Assembly (NCBI RefSeq): GCF_009914755.1
Contig: NC_060926.1
Length of the DNA: 64,000 bases
Direction: 5' to 3' (one strand)
DNA from: the human T2T-CHM13v2.0 reference genome, Homo sapiens
Below the pieces are notes generated by a model. It saw nothing but the letters and a program-made list of their open reading frames with translations. It was not told where the DNA came from and ran no database searches. Below are positions 14,165 to 29,498 of the stretch, piece after piece. Position 1 is the first letter of the stretch. The number at the start of each line of letters is the position of its first letter. Both the position numbers and the translations under genes were made by a program.

Positions 14165-15959
14165 TGTTCGGTCATTGATTTTTCTAATCATTCACCCTAA
14201 AAACCCTGCAGTGTGAGACAGTGGGAGTCCCCACCCTTACAACACTGAAGGCTGATTACAATTTTTCAGCAAATGAGATAGAGGGAATATTAGAGGAGGA
14301 CACTGTCCACTCAGAAGAGGGAAATGAAGACCATCACCTCCCTATGAGTTTAGGATAGAAAAGGGGTTAGCCTGATGGAGTGGCCCCTTAGTGGATCACT
14401 AAGCAACAGATACCCTCAAGTTTCATAGTCGCTTAGTTTCCCAGAAGATAGACGGAGCTTTGTCTGTCCAAATGCTCATGTCCATACAAAACAATTCAAC
14501 CACTGAATGAGTTGGAAGGGCTGGCCCTTTCCAATTGAGATATCCAGAATCATTTCCTCAGGTAATTCTTTTATTATATCACATTTTATTTTATTTTATT
14601 GTTTTAAGAACACTTGAAGTAAGGTCTGTCCTCTTAAATTTTTAAGTATATTATGCATTATTGTTGACAATTTGTACAATTTTATACAGCAGGTATCCAG
14701 AGCTTATTGACCTTGCTTAACTAAAACTTTATGCCTTTTGGTTAGTAATTCCTCATTTTCCCTCCCACAGCCCATGGTAACCATTCCTCTAGCCTTGGAT
14801 TCTATGAATGTGACAATTTCAGATACTGCATAAAAGTGGAATCGTGGCATTTGCCATTCTGTGACTGCCTTATTTCACTTAGCAAAATGTTCTGAAGGTT
14901 CATCCATGTTGTCCCATATTGCAGAATTTCCCTCTTTTATAGGCTGAATAGTATTCCTTAATATATATATGCCACCAAACGTTCTTTATTCATTCAGCAA
15001 TGGATATTTAGGTTGTTTTTACATAATGGCTATTGTGAATACTGCTGCAATGAACACGGGAATACAGTACTAATATCTCTTTGAGATCCGGATTTCAATT
15101 CTTTTTTGGGTAAATACCTAGAAGTAGAATTACTGCATTATATGATAGTTCTGTTTTTAATTTTTTGAGGACTCTCCAAATCTCCAGACTGTTTTCCGTA
15201 GCAGTTGACCATTTTGCATTCCCACAGTGTGCAATGGTTCCAAAATCACTGCATCACAACACATGTTGTGTTTTGTTTTTTTTTTGATAGATGTGAGGTG
15301 ATAGCTTATAGTTTTGATTTGCATTTCTCTGGTGGCTAGTGACATAGAACATTTTGTCATGTACCTGATGACCATTTGTATGTCTTCTTTGAAGAAATGT
15401 CTATTAGATAGTTTAACCCTTTTTTCTTAGGATTATTAGTTTATTGCTATTGAATTGTAGGAGTTCCTCATATATTTTAGCTTTAACTCCTTATCAGATA
15501 AATAGTTTGCAATATTTTCTCTCATTCTATAGATTGCCATTTTGGTCTCTTGATTCTTTTGCTGTGCATAAACTCTTTAGTTTGCTGTAATCCCATTTAT
15601 TTATTTTTTGCTTTTATTGTCTGTGCTTTGGTGTCATATTTAAGAATCATTGCCAAACCAATATGATGAAGCTTTTCTCCTATGTTTTCTTCTAGGAGTT
15701 TTACAGTTTCACTTTTGAGTCTTCAATTCATTTTGAGTTGATTTTTGGGTACAGTGTAAGATAAGGATCACACTTCATCCTTTTACATGAGAATATCCAG
15801 TACTATCACCACCATTTATTGAAGGAACTATCATTTGTTTTTCCTTGGCATACTTGTCAAAGATGAGTTGACTGTTTATGTGTAAATTTATTTCTGAGAT
15901 TTCTATTATGTTCCATTGGTCTATATGTCTGTGTTTATATCAGTACTATAGTTTAAAAA

Positions 15960-17340
<1,381 letters not shown>

Positions 17341-19159
17341 ATAATACTCTTTTGGTTACTGTAGCTTTGTAATATGTTTTGAAATCAGGATATGTGATGC
17401 CTTCAGCTTCGTTCTTCTTGGCAAGATTGGCTGATAATGAACATTTGTGGTTTCATATGAATTGTTGAATTGTCAGGTTTTTTTGTATTTCTATAATAAA
17501 TGATATTTTGGGACTTCAATAGGGATTGCATTGAACCTGTAAATCACTTTGGGCATTATGTATATTTTTACAATACTAAGTCTTCCAGTCAATGAATACA
17601 AGATGTCTTTCCATTTGTTTGTATTTGGTTTAATTTCTTGCATCAATGTTTTATAGGTTTCAGTATTCAAGTATTTCACTTCCTTAGTTAAATTTAAGGT
17701 GTTTTATTCCTTTTGGTGCTAGTATGAATGAAATTGTTTTCTGAATTTCCTTTTCAAACAGTTTGTTGTTAGTGTATAAAAATCTAACCAATTTTTATAT
17801 GTTGATTTTGTATCCTACACCTTTACAAAATTTGTTCATTAGTTCTAACAGGTTTTTGGTGGAGTCTTGTGGGTTTTCTCTGTACAAGAACCTGTCATCT
17901 GCAGAGGCAATCTAACATAATATTTTTAGATTTGAATGTCTTTAATTTTTTTGTCTGATTGTTCTGCCTAGAACTTATAGAACTGCGTTGAATAAGAGTG
18001 GCAAGAATGGGTATCTTTGTCTTATTTCTGATCTTGGAGGAAAAGCTTTCAGTTTTTTACCACTGAATATTATATTAGCTGTGCACTTTTCGTATATGGC
18101 CTTTATTATGTTGACATAATTTTCTTTTCTTATTGGTAGTTTTTATCATGACAGATTGTAGAATTTTGTAAAATGTTATCTTATTTTGCATGGAATTTGA
18201 TGATCATGTAATGTTTATCCTATATTCCTTGGATGGTATATTATATTAATTGATTTGTGTATATTGAACCATCCTTGTATCCCAAGGATAAATACCAGTT
18301 GGTCATGGTACATGATCCTTTTAATGTGCTGCTGGATTAGTTTGGGAGTGTTTTATTGAGGGTTTTTATATCTATGTTTGTCAGGGTTATTGGCCTATAG
18401 TTTTCTTTTTTGTGGTCTGTTTGCCTGACTTTAGTATTAGGGCAATGCTGACCTTATAAAATTAGTTTGGAAGTGTTTCCCTTTCTTGAATTTTTGGAAT
18501 AATTTGAGAAGAATTGCTTTAATTCTTTTTAAACATTTGTTAGAATTCACCAGTTAAGCCATCTAGTCCTGGGTTTACCTTTTTTGGGAGATTTGTGATT
18601 ACTGATTCATTCTTCAAACTAATTACAGATCTATTCAAACTTTCTATTTCTTCATGATTTAGTCTTGGTAGATTGTATGTTTCCAGGAATTTAACCCTTT
18701 CTTCTGGGTTTTCCAACTTGTTGACCTATAATTATTCATAGCACTGTGGTTTATTATAATCAATTTTATTTCTATGGCATCAGTTTTTTTGTCTCCTTTT
18801 TTATTTTGTTTTTTTTTAGCATTATTTCTTTTCTCTTAATTTTTCTAGCTAAGGGTCTATGAATTTTGTTTATTTTTTCAAAACCAGTTTTTACTTTTGT
18901 CAGTGTTTTTCTAGTTTTATGTTTTTATTCATTTATTTCTGCTCTAATCATTATTTACTTCATTGGCTAACTTTCAACTTGGTTTACTCTTCTTCTTTTA
19001 GCTCCTTAAGGTGGAAAGTTAGACTATTTATTTGATATCTTACTTATTTTTAATGTAGGTGTTTATTACAATAAAAACTCCCTTTTAGTAGAGCTTTTGC
19101 TGTATGCCATAGAGTTTGGTATATTGTATTTTTGCTTTCTCTTGTCTTGAGTATGTTTA

Positions 19160-19280
19160 ATATATAATATATAATACATTATATATTATATATATAATAT
19201 ATTAATTTATTATATATTGAGATATATATAATATCTTTTTATTTATATTATTATATGTATAAATTCTCTTTTTATTTATA
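19160..19280. repeat. AT-rich (TA)n-like low-complexity tract within the L1M
   Basis: tatataatatataatacattatatattatatatataat... Confidence 0.85.
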
Positions 19281-19676
19281 CTCTTGGACCTACTGGTGGT
19301 TCAAGAGTATGTTGTTTAATTTGCATATATTTGTGAATGTTCAAGTGTCCCTTCTATTATTGATTTTTAGTTTCATTTTTTGGGGTCAATAAAAATACTT
19401 GGTGTGATTTCTATCTCCCTAAACTGTGAAGATTTGCTTTGTGAATTAATATGTTCTCTGTTCTAGAGAAAGTTCTGTATGTGCTTGAGAAAAATGTATA
19501 TTCGCTGTTTGGTGGAATGTTCTGTATATGTATGTCAGGTCCATTTGGTCTATAATATTGCTTAAGTCTTCCGTTTTCTTATGTTCTTCAATCTGGATGT
19601 TCTGTGCGTTATTGGAAGTAATTATTGGGGTATTGATGTTTCCTTCTATTATTATATAACTGCGTATTTATTTCTT

Positions 19677-21557
<1,881 letters not shown>

Positions 21558-24199
21558 ATAACTGTGTATTTCTTTCTTGAGTTCTATCAATGTTTGCTCT
21601 ATGTTTAGGTGCTCTGGTGTTAAGTGCATACATATTTATAATTGCTCTATCATCCTGGCAAGTTGATTCTTTTCTCATTATGTAATGTTCCTCTTTGTCT
21701 TTTGTAATATATTTTGACTTAAAGTCTATTTTGTCTGATGTAAGTATAGCTCCTGCTTTCTCTGGGTCATAGTTTGCATGGAATATCTTTTTTTATCTCT
21801 TTACTTGCAGCCAATATGTTCCCTTAAAAGTAAAATGAGTTTCCTGTAGCCAGTGTATAGTTGAACTTTGTGCGCAGGTATGTACAACACGCTTTAATCC
21901 ATTCACCACTTTATGTATGATTGGAGAGTTTAATTCATTTATATTTAAAATAATTACTGATAAGATAGGATTTACTATTGCAATTTTATTAATACTTTTC
22001 AGTTAGTCTTGTAGCTCTTTTGCTTGACTTTTTCTCTCTTTCTGTCTTCCATCATGTTTTTTATAATTATATGCTTTGATTCTTTTCTCATTTTATGTAC
22101 CTCTTATAGGTATGTGTTTTTTCTGATTACCTTATGCTTACAAAAAAAATCTTAGTTATAATGATCTATTTTAAGCTAATAAGAAACTAAGTTCACTGTC
22201 ATTAAAAATTTACATTTTAACTTCTCCCCCACCTTACACACTTTATGTTGGTGGTGTTGCAATGTATATCTATTCATATTCTGTATCTTTTAGCATATTT
22301 TAAAATTATAGTTACTTTAATACTGTTAACTTTTATTCTATAAAGATATACTATAAAAATTATTTACCCATAATCTTTAAAGCAACACAATATTCTGTAT
22401 TTGTCTATATGTTTACCTTTACAAATGAGTTTCACACATTCTTATGTTGTCATTGTGCTAGTTAGCATCTTTTTACTTTAACTTAAAGAGCTATCTTTAG
22501 CATATTTTGTCAGGCAGGTGTACCTCAGCATTTGTTTGTCTGGGAAGTTTTCACCTCTCCATTTTTGAAGGAAACTTTGCTGAGTACAGCAAAAATGGCA
22601 TCTTTTGGCATCTTTTCTTCAGCACTTACAATACATTATCCCACATTTTTTTGCCCTGCAAGGTTTCTGTTGAAAAATCCACTTACAGTTTATAGATTCC
22701 CTTATATATGACAAGTCACTTTTCTCTTGCTGTCATAATTCTCTTTTTGTCTTTGACTTTTGATAATTTGATTATAATGTATCTTGTATATTTCTTTGGG
22801 TTAATCTTATCTGGAGCCTCTTGGGGTTCTTGGATCTGAATATCTATTTTCTTTGCCAAGTTTGGAAAGTTCCAGCCATTCCTTTATTTTATTTTATTAT
22901 TATTATTTTTTTTTTTGCATGAGCTTTCTGGTCCTTTCTCTATCTTATTCTTCTTCATAAACTTCATAATGTGTATTTTGGTCTGCCTGATATTGCCCTC
23001 TAAGTCCCTTAAGCTTTCTTCACTTTTAAAAATTCTTTTCTTTTTGCTCCTTTGGCCGAATTATTTTCAAGGACTTGTTCTTATGCTTACAATTATTTAT
23101 TTTGCTCGATCTACACTGCTGTTGAAGAGTGGACTTTTCAATACAGTTATTGTGCTCTACCGTTCCATGATATTCATTTGGTACTTTTAAATATTTTCTA
23201 GCTCTTTGTTGAAATTATGACTTTGTTCATGCATTGTTCTCTCGACCTCTGTGAGCATTTTTATGGCAGCTATTTTGAATTCTGTCAAGTAAATCACATA
23301 ATTCCATTTCATTTGGGTCAGTTTCTGGAGATTTATCTTGTTCTTTTGTTTAAACCATCTTAGCCTGATTTTTCATTTTTGTGAAATAGAAAATTTTCAG
23401 CTCTGATGTCTACACATTAGACAATGCAGGTATCTCTCCCAGTCTTCACATACTCTTCTCTTACAAGAGAAAGGCCCCACCCATTAGCCTGGCCAGAGAT
23501 TCTGGGGGCCTCTATCAACTCTTTCTCTCCCTAAGGGGATTAAGCTTTTATCTACTCACTCTGTGTTGAACTGCAGGGTAGAGTGCTGGACTGTCTACCA
23601 GTCCAAACTTTCATCTACATTCTCCCCTTGGTTGCTATACTGTATCAGACTCATCAGAGATCCCAGACTGGCAAGACAGATGCCACTTCTTTGGGCAGCC
23701 CCAGAGAAATTGGGGTGCTGAATGAACGTATCAATTTCCCTTCCCAGAAAGTAGCTACGAACTTAGATTTTTTGGTTTACTCCCTCTTTGCCAGGCAAGA
23801 GAAGAAACTATGGCCTCTATCAGCCCCAGCCACTATCTTAATTCTCCTTCAGGCATATGCTGTGCTGGTCCCATCGGGATTTTTATGGGGGTCAGTGATA
23901 TAGGCAGATTATGCCCATAGAACTCACTTCGGCTATTCAGACTTTAGCACATATATATATATACACCATAGAGCAAAAACAGGCATTTGTCATAAAATAT
24001 ATTATTAAGACTAAATTATCTGGTCAAACTTATAGAGTATAGCTTTAAGGCCTCAGAAACACAAAATCATTTTATCATGAAGAATATCCCCAGGACTCAG
24101 AAGTTTCTCCCAGGAGCTCTGGTTCCCAGTGACAAGGGCCAAAGTAAAAAATAGAATTTACAAAGTTTGAGCAACACAGGCCTTTGGAGTAAAACTTTC

Positions 24200-25230
24200 C
24201 TGCCCCTAAGGAAATATTTAGTGTTCTGAGAGATAAGAAGAAAGTGCATATAAGTTGTTTTGCATTGGAACTTTGGCAAGATAACTATCTGGGCTGCTTT
24301 GAATTCAGTATACCCATTCCTGACAAGTGGCCCTTTTAGATACTGTGTCATGATGTGGGACTGGCTATAGAGGACTGGATATATCAAGTAGGAAGCTATA
24401 GCCATTCCAGGATCTGCTAAGAAATTATTATGCTCTTGGGGCTTCCCAGACTTCTGGTAAATATCATTGAATTCTATCATCAATATCTGCCAAATAAACT
24501 ATTAACGATGGATCTAAGGCCAGAAGCTGAGTGGTGCTCACAGCTTTTCCTTCTCCCGTCTTTGGAGGAGACTCAGGACCATGTCATTTCTCAGGCTCTA
24601 TGCTGCAGCTGTGGATGGCAGATTTGTTGCCCTTTCTAGACTGGACATTGTACCTCTCTATGGGCTGCTCCTACCAAAGGACCTCCCAGCTTGTTTAGGG
24701 AAAATATGACTTGCTTCCTGGGGTGGGTCACCCACTGATTCCTTACCATCCTTTGCATTTTCTACACTGATTTCAGTAACTGGCCTCATCACTCTTATGG
24801 GTTTACATGATATAGATATCTGATACAGTTGGGCATGACATTTGCAGTTCACCATTTAGGATCAGGAGGGTGAATTGAAAGAATCCAGCACTACCTCTAC
24901 AGGTGGCTTCACCAGAAAAATAAGTGGTTCTTTTTCAATTTCAATGGAAAGAGGCTATGGTCTAATGTTTAAAGAAATCGAACCTGGTTAACTATAAGGC
25001 CATGCAGAGTGAGGGTGCTGCTTTGCCAGTCATGAGTGCTTATTTAGTTAATCTTGCTGCTGGCTTGCTCAGTTACTAAAGGACCCCCCGCCCAAGCTAT
25101 GAATGCTGAGCTGGCAGGCGGGAATCAGAGCCAAATTATTCACACTTAGTTTTGCTATTGAATCCTGGGTCCCAATATTAACAGGGGAGAATCTGCTTCC
25201 CTAATCATGCAGTTTAAAAATGTCCACAAT
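24200..25230 (+). pseudogene. Candidate highly degenerate Gypsy (sushi-ichi/RTL1-like) pol relic, copy B: RT C-terminus, connection, RNase H, integrase fragment
   Basis: Manually translated motifs in pol order: K*EAIAIPGSAKKLLCSWGFPDFW (24386-24457), PEAE (24520), PF*TGHCTSLWAA (24631), KWFFFNFN (24922), KGPPAQAMNAEL (25078). Compared with recalled sequences only. Confidence 0.5.
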
Positions 25231-27127
25231 CTAAGTAGATTCTGTCCTAGAGTCTCATGTCCAGCCCTGTCAGATTTCTGTGTGTTATTCCAGAAAGTAT
25301 AAGCAATAGGATTCACATTCTTGTTATTGATCTTGCCTGCATAAGTTTCCCCCAATGAATTCTGCTGTAGATCAACTGAGTGGATTTTAGATGGCCAATG
25401 TAAACGACCAAATGACCTTTTATCTCAGCCAATTGTTTTCTTTATATCTTGACTATGTGCATGACAAAATTCCCAGGTATGGTTCTGGAAGGTAGTGGGC
25501 AAATGCTATTTATTTTCTTAAGGCACAACTTATTAGTTTAAGTCTGGGCTATAGGTGGTGGCAAAACAAGTTCTTTATTCTTAAACAAACTACTGTTTTC
25601 TCCTTTTCCTATGCTAGAAGCAAGTTTAAATCCTTTAAGTTATTTTGTATGTCTGGAAAAGTGGTTAATCATACTTGCTTACTGGAGATTTGGAACTATT
25701 AATTAGTTTTTACACCATATTAGCAAAATATTTATTTAAAAGGTAAATACCCTAGTGAAGAGGAAAGTACTAAGCATGCCCCTCATAAAAATAAATGCTT
25801 CTTGCTTTACTCTTTCAGGCATTTTGCATACATACCAACCAAGCATCTATTTCACTCTTCATTCTTATCTTCAAAAGCAGAGAATCTAAAAACTGAATTC
25901 GAAGGCCAAATTAGGAGATACCATGAATTGATAGTCAATATTCTAGGCGATTAAAACTATCAGAACTTACCTATGGTACATAGGGCTTTGCTATGTGATT
26001 TATGTGCTGTGTTCCTTTGATATGTACTATTGAGAAAACACCATAAAATATTATAATCAGCAGCCAGTTGCATTTGGGAGCCCAACTATTTACATACCTA
26101 GGGTATGTTACTTTCTAAGAAAAAAGGGGAAAGAGAGTTTCAGGTCTCCTCTGACAAACAAGAACAAGTTAGAAATCCCATGGTTTAGGGGATGAGAGTG
26201 TATGAATAGATTTTATACAGCTCCATTTTTTGAGTTATATATCCATTGAAAGAGAACTTGCTCTGTAAAATCCCTGTAAGCAATGAACTGTTTATTTTAG
26301 AATGAGACTCTAGGGAATAATCTCATAAGAAACACATCTTGCTTTTGTAGAAAACCCAAGAGGATAGTATTCATTAAGCATTATCCCAGCATGGGCAAAA
26401 AAAAAATGACAACCAATGCAAATATATCAAATAATTGAAAAGGAAATGCTTGATTGCTGGGTAATTTTTTTCTCCTCTGCCTCATGCTCTTTCCCAAATG
26501 TATAAATACATCATTCTATGGTATAAACAGATTGATAGTCCTTTCTCTCTCCCTCCTCCTTTTTCCTACACCACTTTTCTCTGATTCCCACCCTACTATC
26601 TAAACAAGCAAACCAAAGACAAAAGTCACTACAGATCCTGAAGCTATTTTAAGTTACAAGGCAGGCCTTTTATGTCACACAGTCTCTATCGCATGCTTTG
26701 TGAATAATAATTCTTGTTATAGGTTTAACTTGTAATGTTTAACTATGGTATAGGGGCACATCGAGATCAGTTGCAAGGTGTCAGATATTCAAGTGTTTGA
26801 ATGTTTGACTGTCTTATAAATTACAGTAGATTCAAAGTTATCCCTATAATAATGTCATATTCACTGACTTGTGTTTGCTTTTCAGAGTGAGAGAGAAAGG
26901 GTTGGAATTACAACTAGATAAGAGCATTGAGCTAAACTCCAAGCCTATGCAGCAACAAGCAGGGTATCACATATGTGACCTTTATCCATTGGATGTATTA
27001 AGGCACTGAGACCATTGTCCTGAATATCCATCCCTTTGCTTTAATGACAATATAGGCATATATTCCTTATTTCTTCTTTTTATATTTTGGGGACCCTCTG
27101 AAGATAGCAGAGACAAGCAGCTCCTTC

Positions 27128-27186
27128 TGTGTGTGTGTTTGTGTGTGTGTGTGTGCGTACGTGTGTGTGTATGTGTGTGTGTGTGT
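27128..27186. repeat. (TG)n microsatellite, interrupted
   Basis: Direct reading. Confidence 0.95.
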
Positions 27187-27224
27187 AATTCTACTTACCA
27201 ACCTATGAAGTAGCACAAGAAACA

Positions 27225-29498
27225 TGTATTAGCTCATTTTCATGCTGCTGATAAAGACATAGCCGAAACTGGGAACAAAAAGAGGTTTAATTGGACTTAC
27301 AGTTCCACATGGCTGGGGAGGCCTCAGACTAATGGCAGGAGGCAAAAGGCAGCACTCCTTACATGGCAGTGGCAAGAGAAAAATGAGGAAGAATCAAAAG
27401 TGGAAATCCCTGTTAAACCCATAAGATCTCTAGAGACTTATTCACTATCACGAGAATAGCATGGGAAAGACCGGACCCCATGATTCAATTTCCTCCCCCT
27501 GAGTCCCTCCCCCAACACGTGGGAATTCTGGGAAATACAATTCATTGAGATTTCAGTGGGGACACAGCCAAACCATATCATTTCACCCCTGGCCTCTCCA
27601 AATCCCATGTCCTCACATTTCAAAACCAATCATACCTTCCCAACAGTTGCCCAAAGTCTTCACTCATTTCAGCATTAACCCAATAGTCCACAGTCCAAAG
27701 TCTCATCTGAGACAAAGCAAGTCCCTTCCACCTGTGAGTCTGTAAAATCAAAAGCAAGCTAGTTACTTCCTAGATACAATGGAAGTACAGATATTTGGTA
27801 AGTACAGGTGTTATAAATGGGAGAAATTGGCCAAAACAAAGGGAATATAGGGCCCATGCAAGTCTGAAAACCAGTGGGGTAGTCAAATTTTAAAGCTCCA
27901 AAATGATCTCCTTTGACTCCAGGTCTCACATCCAGGTCATACTGATGCAAAAGGTGTGTTCCCATGGTCTTGGGCAGCTCTTCCCCTGTGGCTTTGCAGG
28001 GTACAGTCTCCCTCCTGGCTGCTTTCATGGGCTGGCATTGAGTGTCTGGGGCTTTTCCAGGTACACAGTGCAAGTTGTCAGTGGATCTACCATTCTGAGG
28101 CCTGGAGGAAGATGGCCCTCTTCTCACAACTCCACTAGACAGTACCCATGTAGAAACTCTGTGTGGGGGCTCCAACCCCACATTTCTCTTCTGCACTGCC
28201 CTAGTAGATGTTCTCCATGAGGGTCCCACCCCTGCAGCAAACTTTTTTCTGGGCATCCACACATTTCCATACGTGTGCAATCTAGGCAGAAGTTCCCAAA
28301 CCTCAAGTCTTGACTTCTGTGTGCCTGCAGGCTCAACACCACATGGAAGCTGCCAAGGCTTGGGGCTTCCACCCTCTGAAGCCACAGCCCAAGCTCCATA
28401 TTGGCCCCTTTCAGCCACAGCTTGAGCAGCTGAGACACAGGGCACCAAGTCCCTAGGCTGCACACACCATGGGGACCCTGGGCCCAGCCCACAAAACCAC
28501 TTTTTCCTCCTGGGCCTCTGGGCCTGTGATGGGAGGGTCTGCTGTGAAGGTCTCTCACATGGTCTGGAGATATTTTCCTCATGGTCTTGGGAATTAATAT
28601 TAGGCTCCTTACTACTTCTGTAAATCTCTGCAGCTGGCTTGAATTTCACCTCAGAAAATGGGTTTTTCTTTTCTACTGCATTGTCAGGCTGCAAATTTTC
28701 TGAACTGTTTCCCTTTTAAAATGGAATGCTTTTAACAGCACCCAAGTGAGCTCTTGTATGCTCTGCTGCTTAGAAATTTCTTCCTCCAGATATCCTAAAT
28801 CATCTCTCTCAAGTTCAATATTCCACAGATCTCTGGGGCAGGGGCAAAATGCCACTAGTCTGTTTGCTAAAACATATCAAGAGTCACCTTTGCTCCAGTT
28901 CCCAACAAGTTCCTCATCTCCATCTGAGACCACCTCAGCCTGGACCTTATTGTTCATATCACTATCAACATTTTTGTCAAAGCCATTCATCAAGTCTCTA
29001 GGAGGTTCCAAACTTTCCCACATTTTCCTGTCTTCTGAGCCCTCCAAACTGTTCCAACCTCTGCCTGTTATCCAGTTCCAAAGTCGCTTCCACATTTTCA
29101 GGTATCTTTTCAGCAAAGCCCCACTCTCCTTGTACCAATTCACTGTATTAGTTCATTTTCATGCGGCTGATAGAGACATACCCGAACCTGGGAACAAAAA
29201 GATGTTTAATTGGATTTACAGTTCCACATGGCTGGGGAGGCCTCAGAATCATGACAGTTGGTGAAAGGCACTTCTTACATGGCAGCAGCAAGAGAAAAAT
29301 GAGGAACAAGCAAAAGTGGAAACCCCTGATAAACCCATCAGGTCTCGTGAGACTTATTCACTGTCACGAGAATAGCATAGCAAAGGCCGGCCCCCATTAT
29401 TCAGTTACCTCCCTCTGGGTCCCTCCCACTACACATGGGAATTCTGAGAGATACAATTCAAGTTGAGATTTGGGCAGGGAAACAGCCAAACCATATCA
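27225..29498 (-). mobile_element. Complete THE1 (THE1A-like) MaLR: LTRs 27225-27580 and 29144-29498, ~1.56-kb internal region
   Basis: Both LTRs run tgtattag...cagccaaaccatatca; internal peptides (GRGWNSLEGSEDRKMWESLE, QAEVVSDGDEEL) are typical of the THE1 internal ORF. Confidence 0.95.
27759..29143 (-). pseudogene. THE1 internal ORF remnant in three pieces (88, 60 and 311 aa)
   Basis: Track ORFs 28877..29143, 28673..28855 and 27759..28694. Confidence 0.75.

Noticed and set aside
24097-24483. 128-aa minus-strand ORF
   Set aside because: No recognisable domain; it is antisense to the putative pol relic and probably chance.
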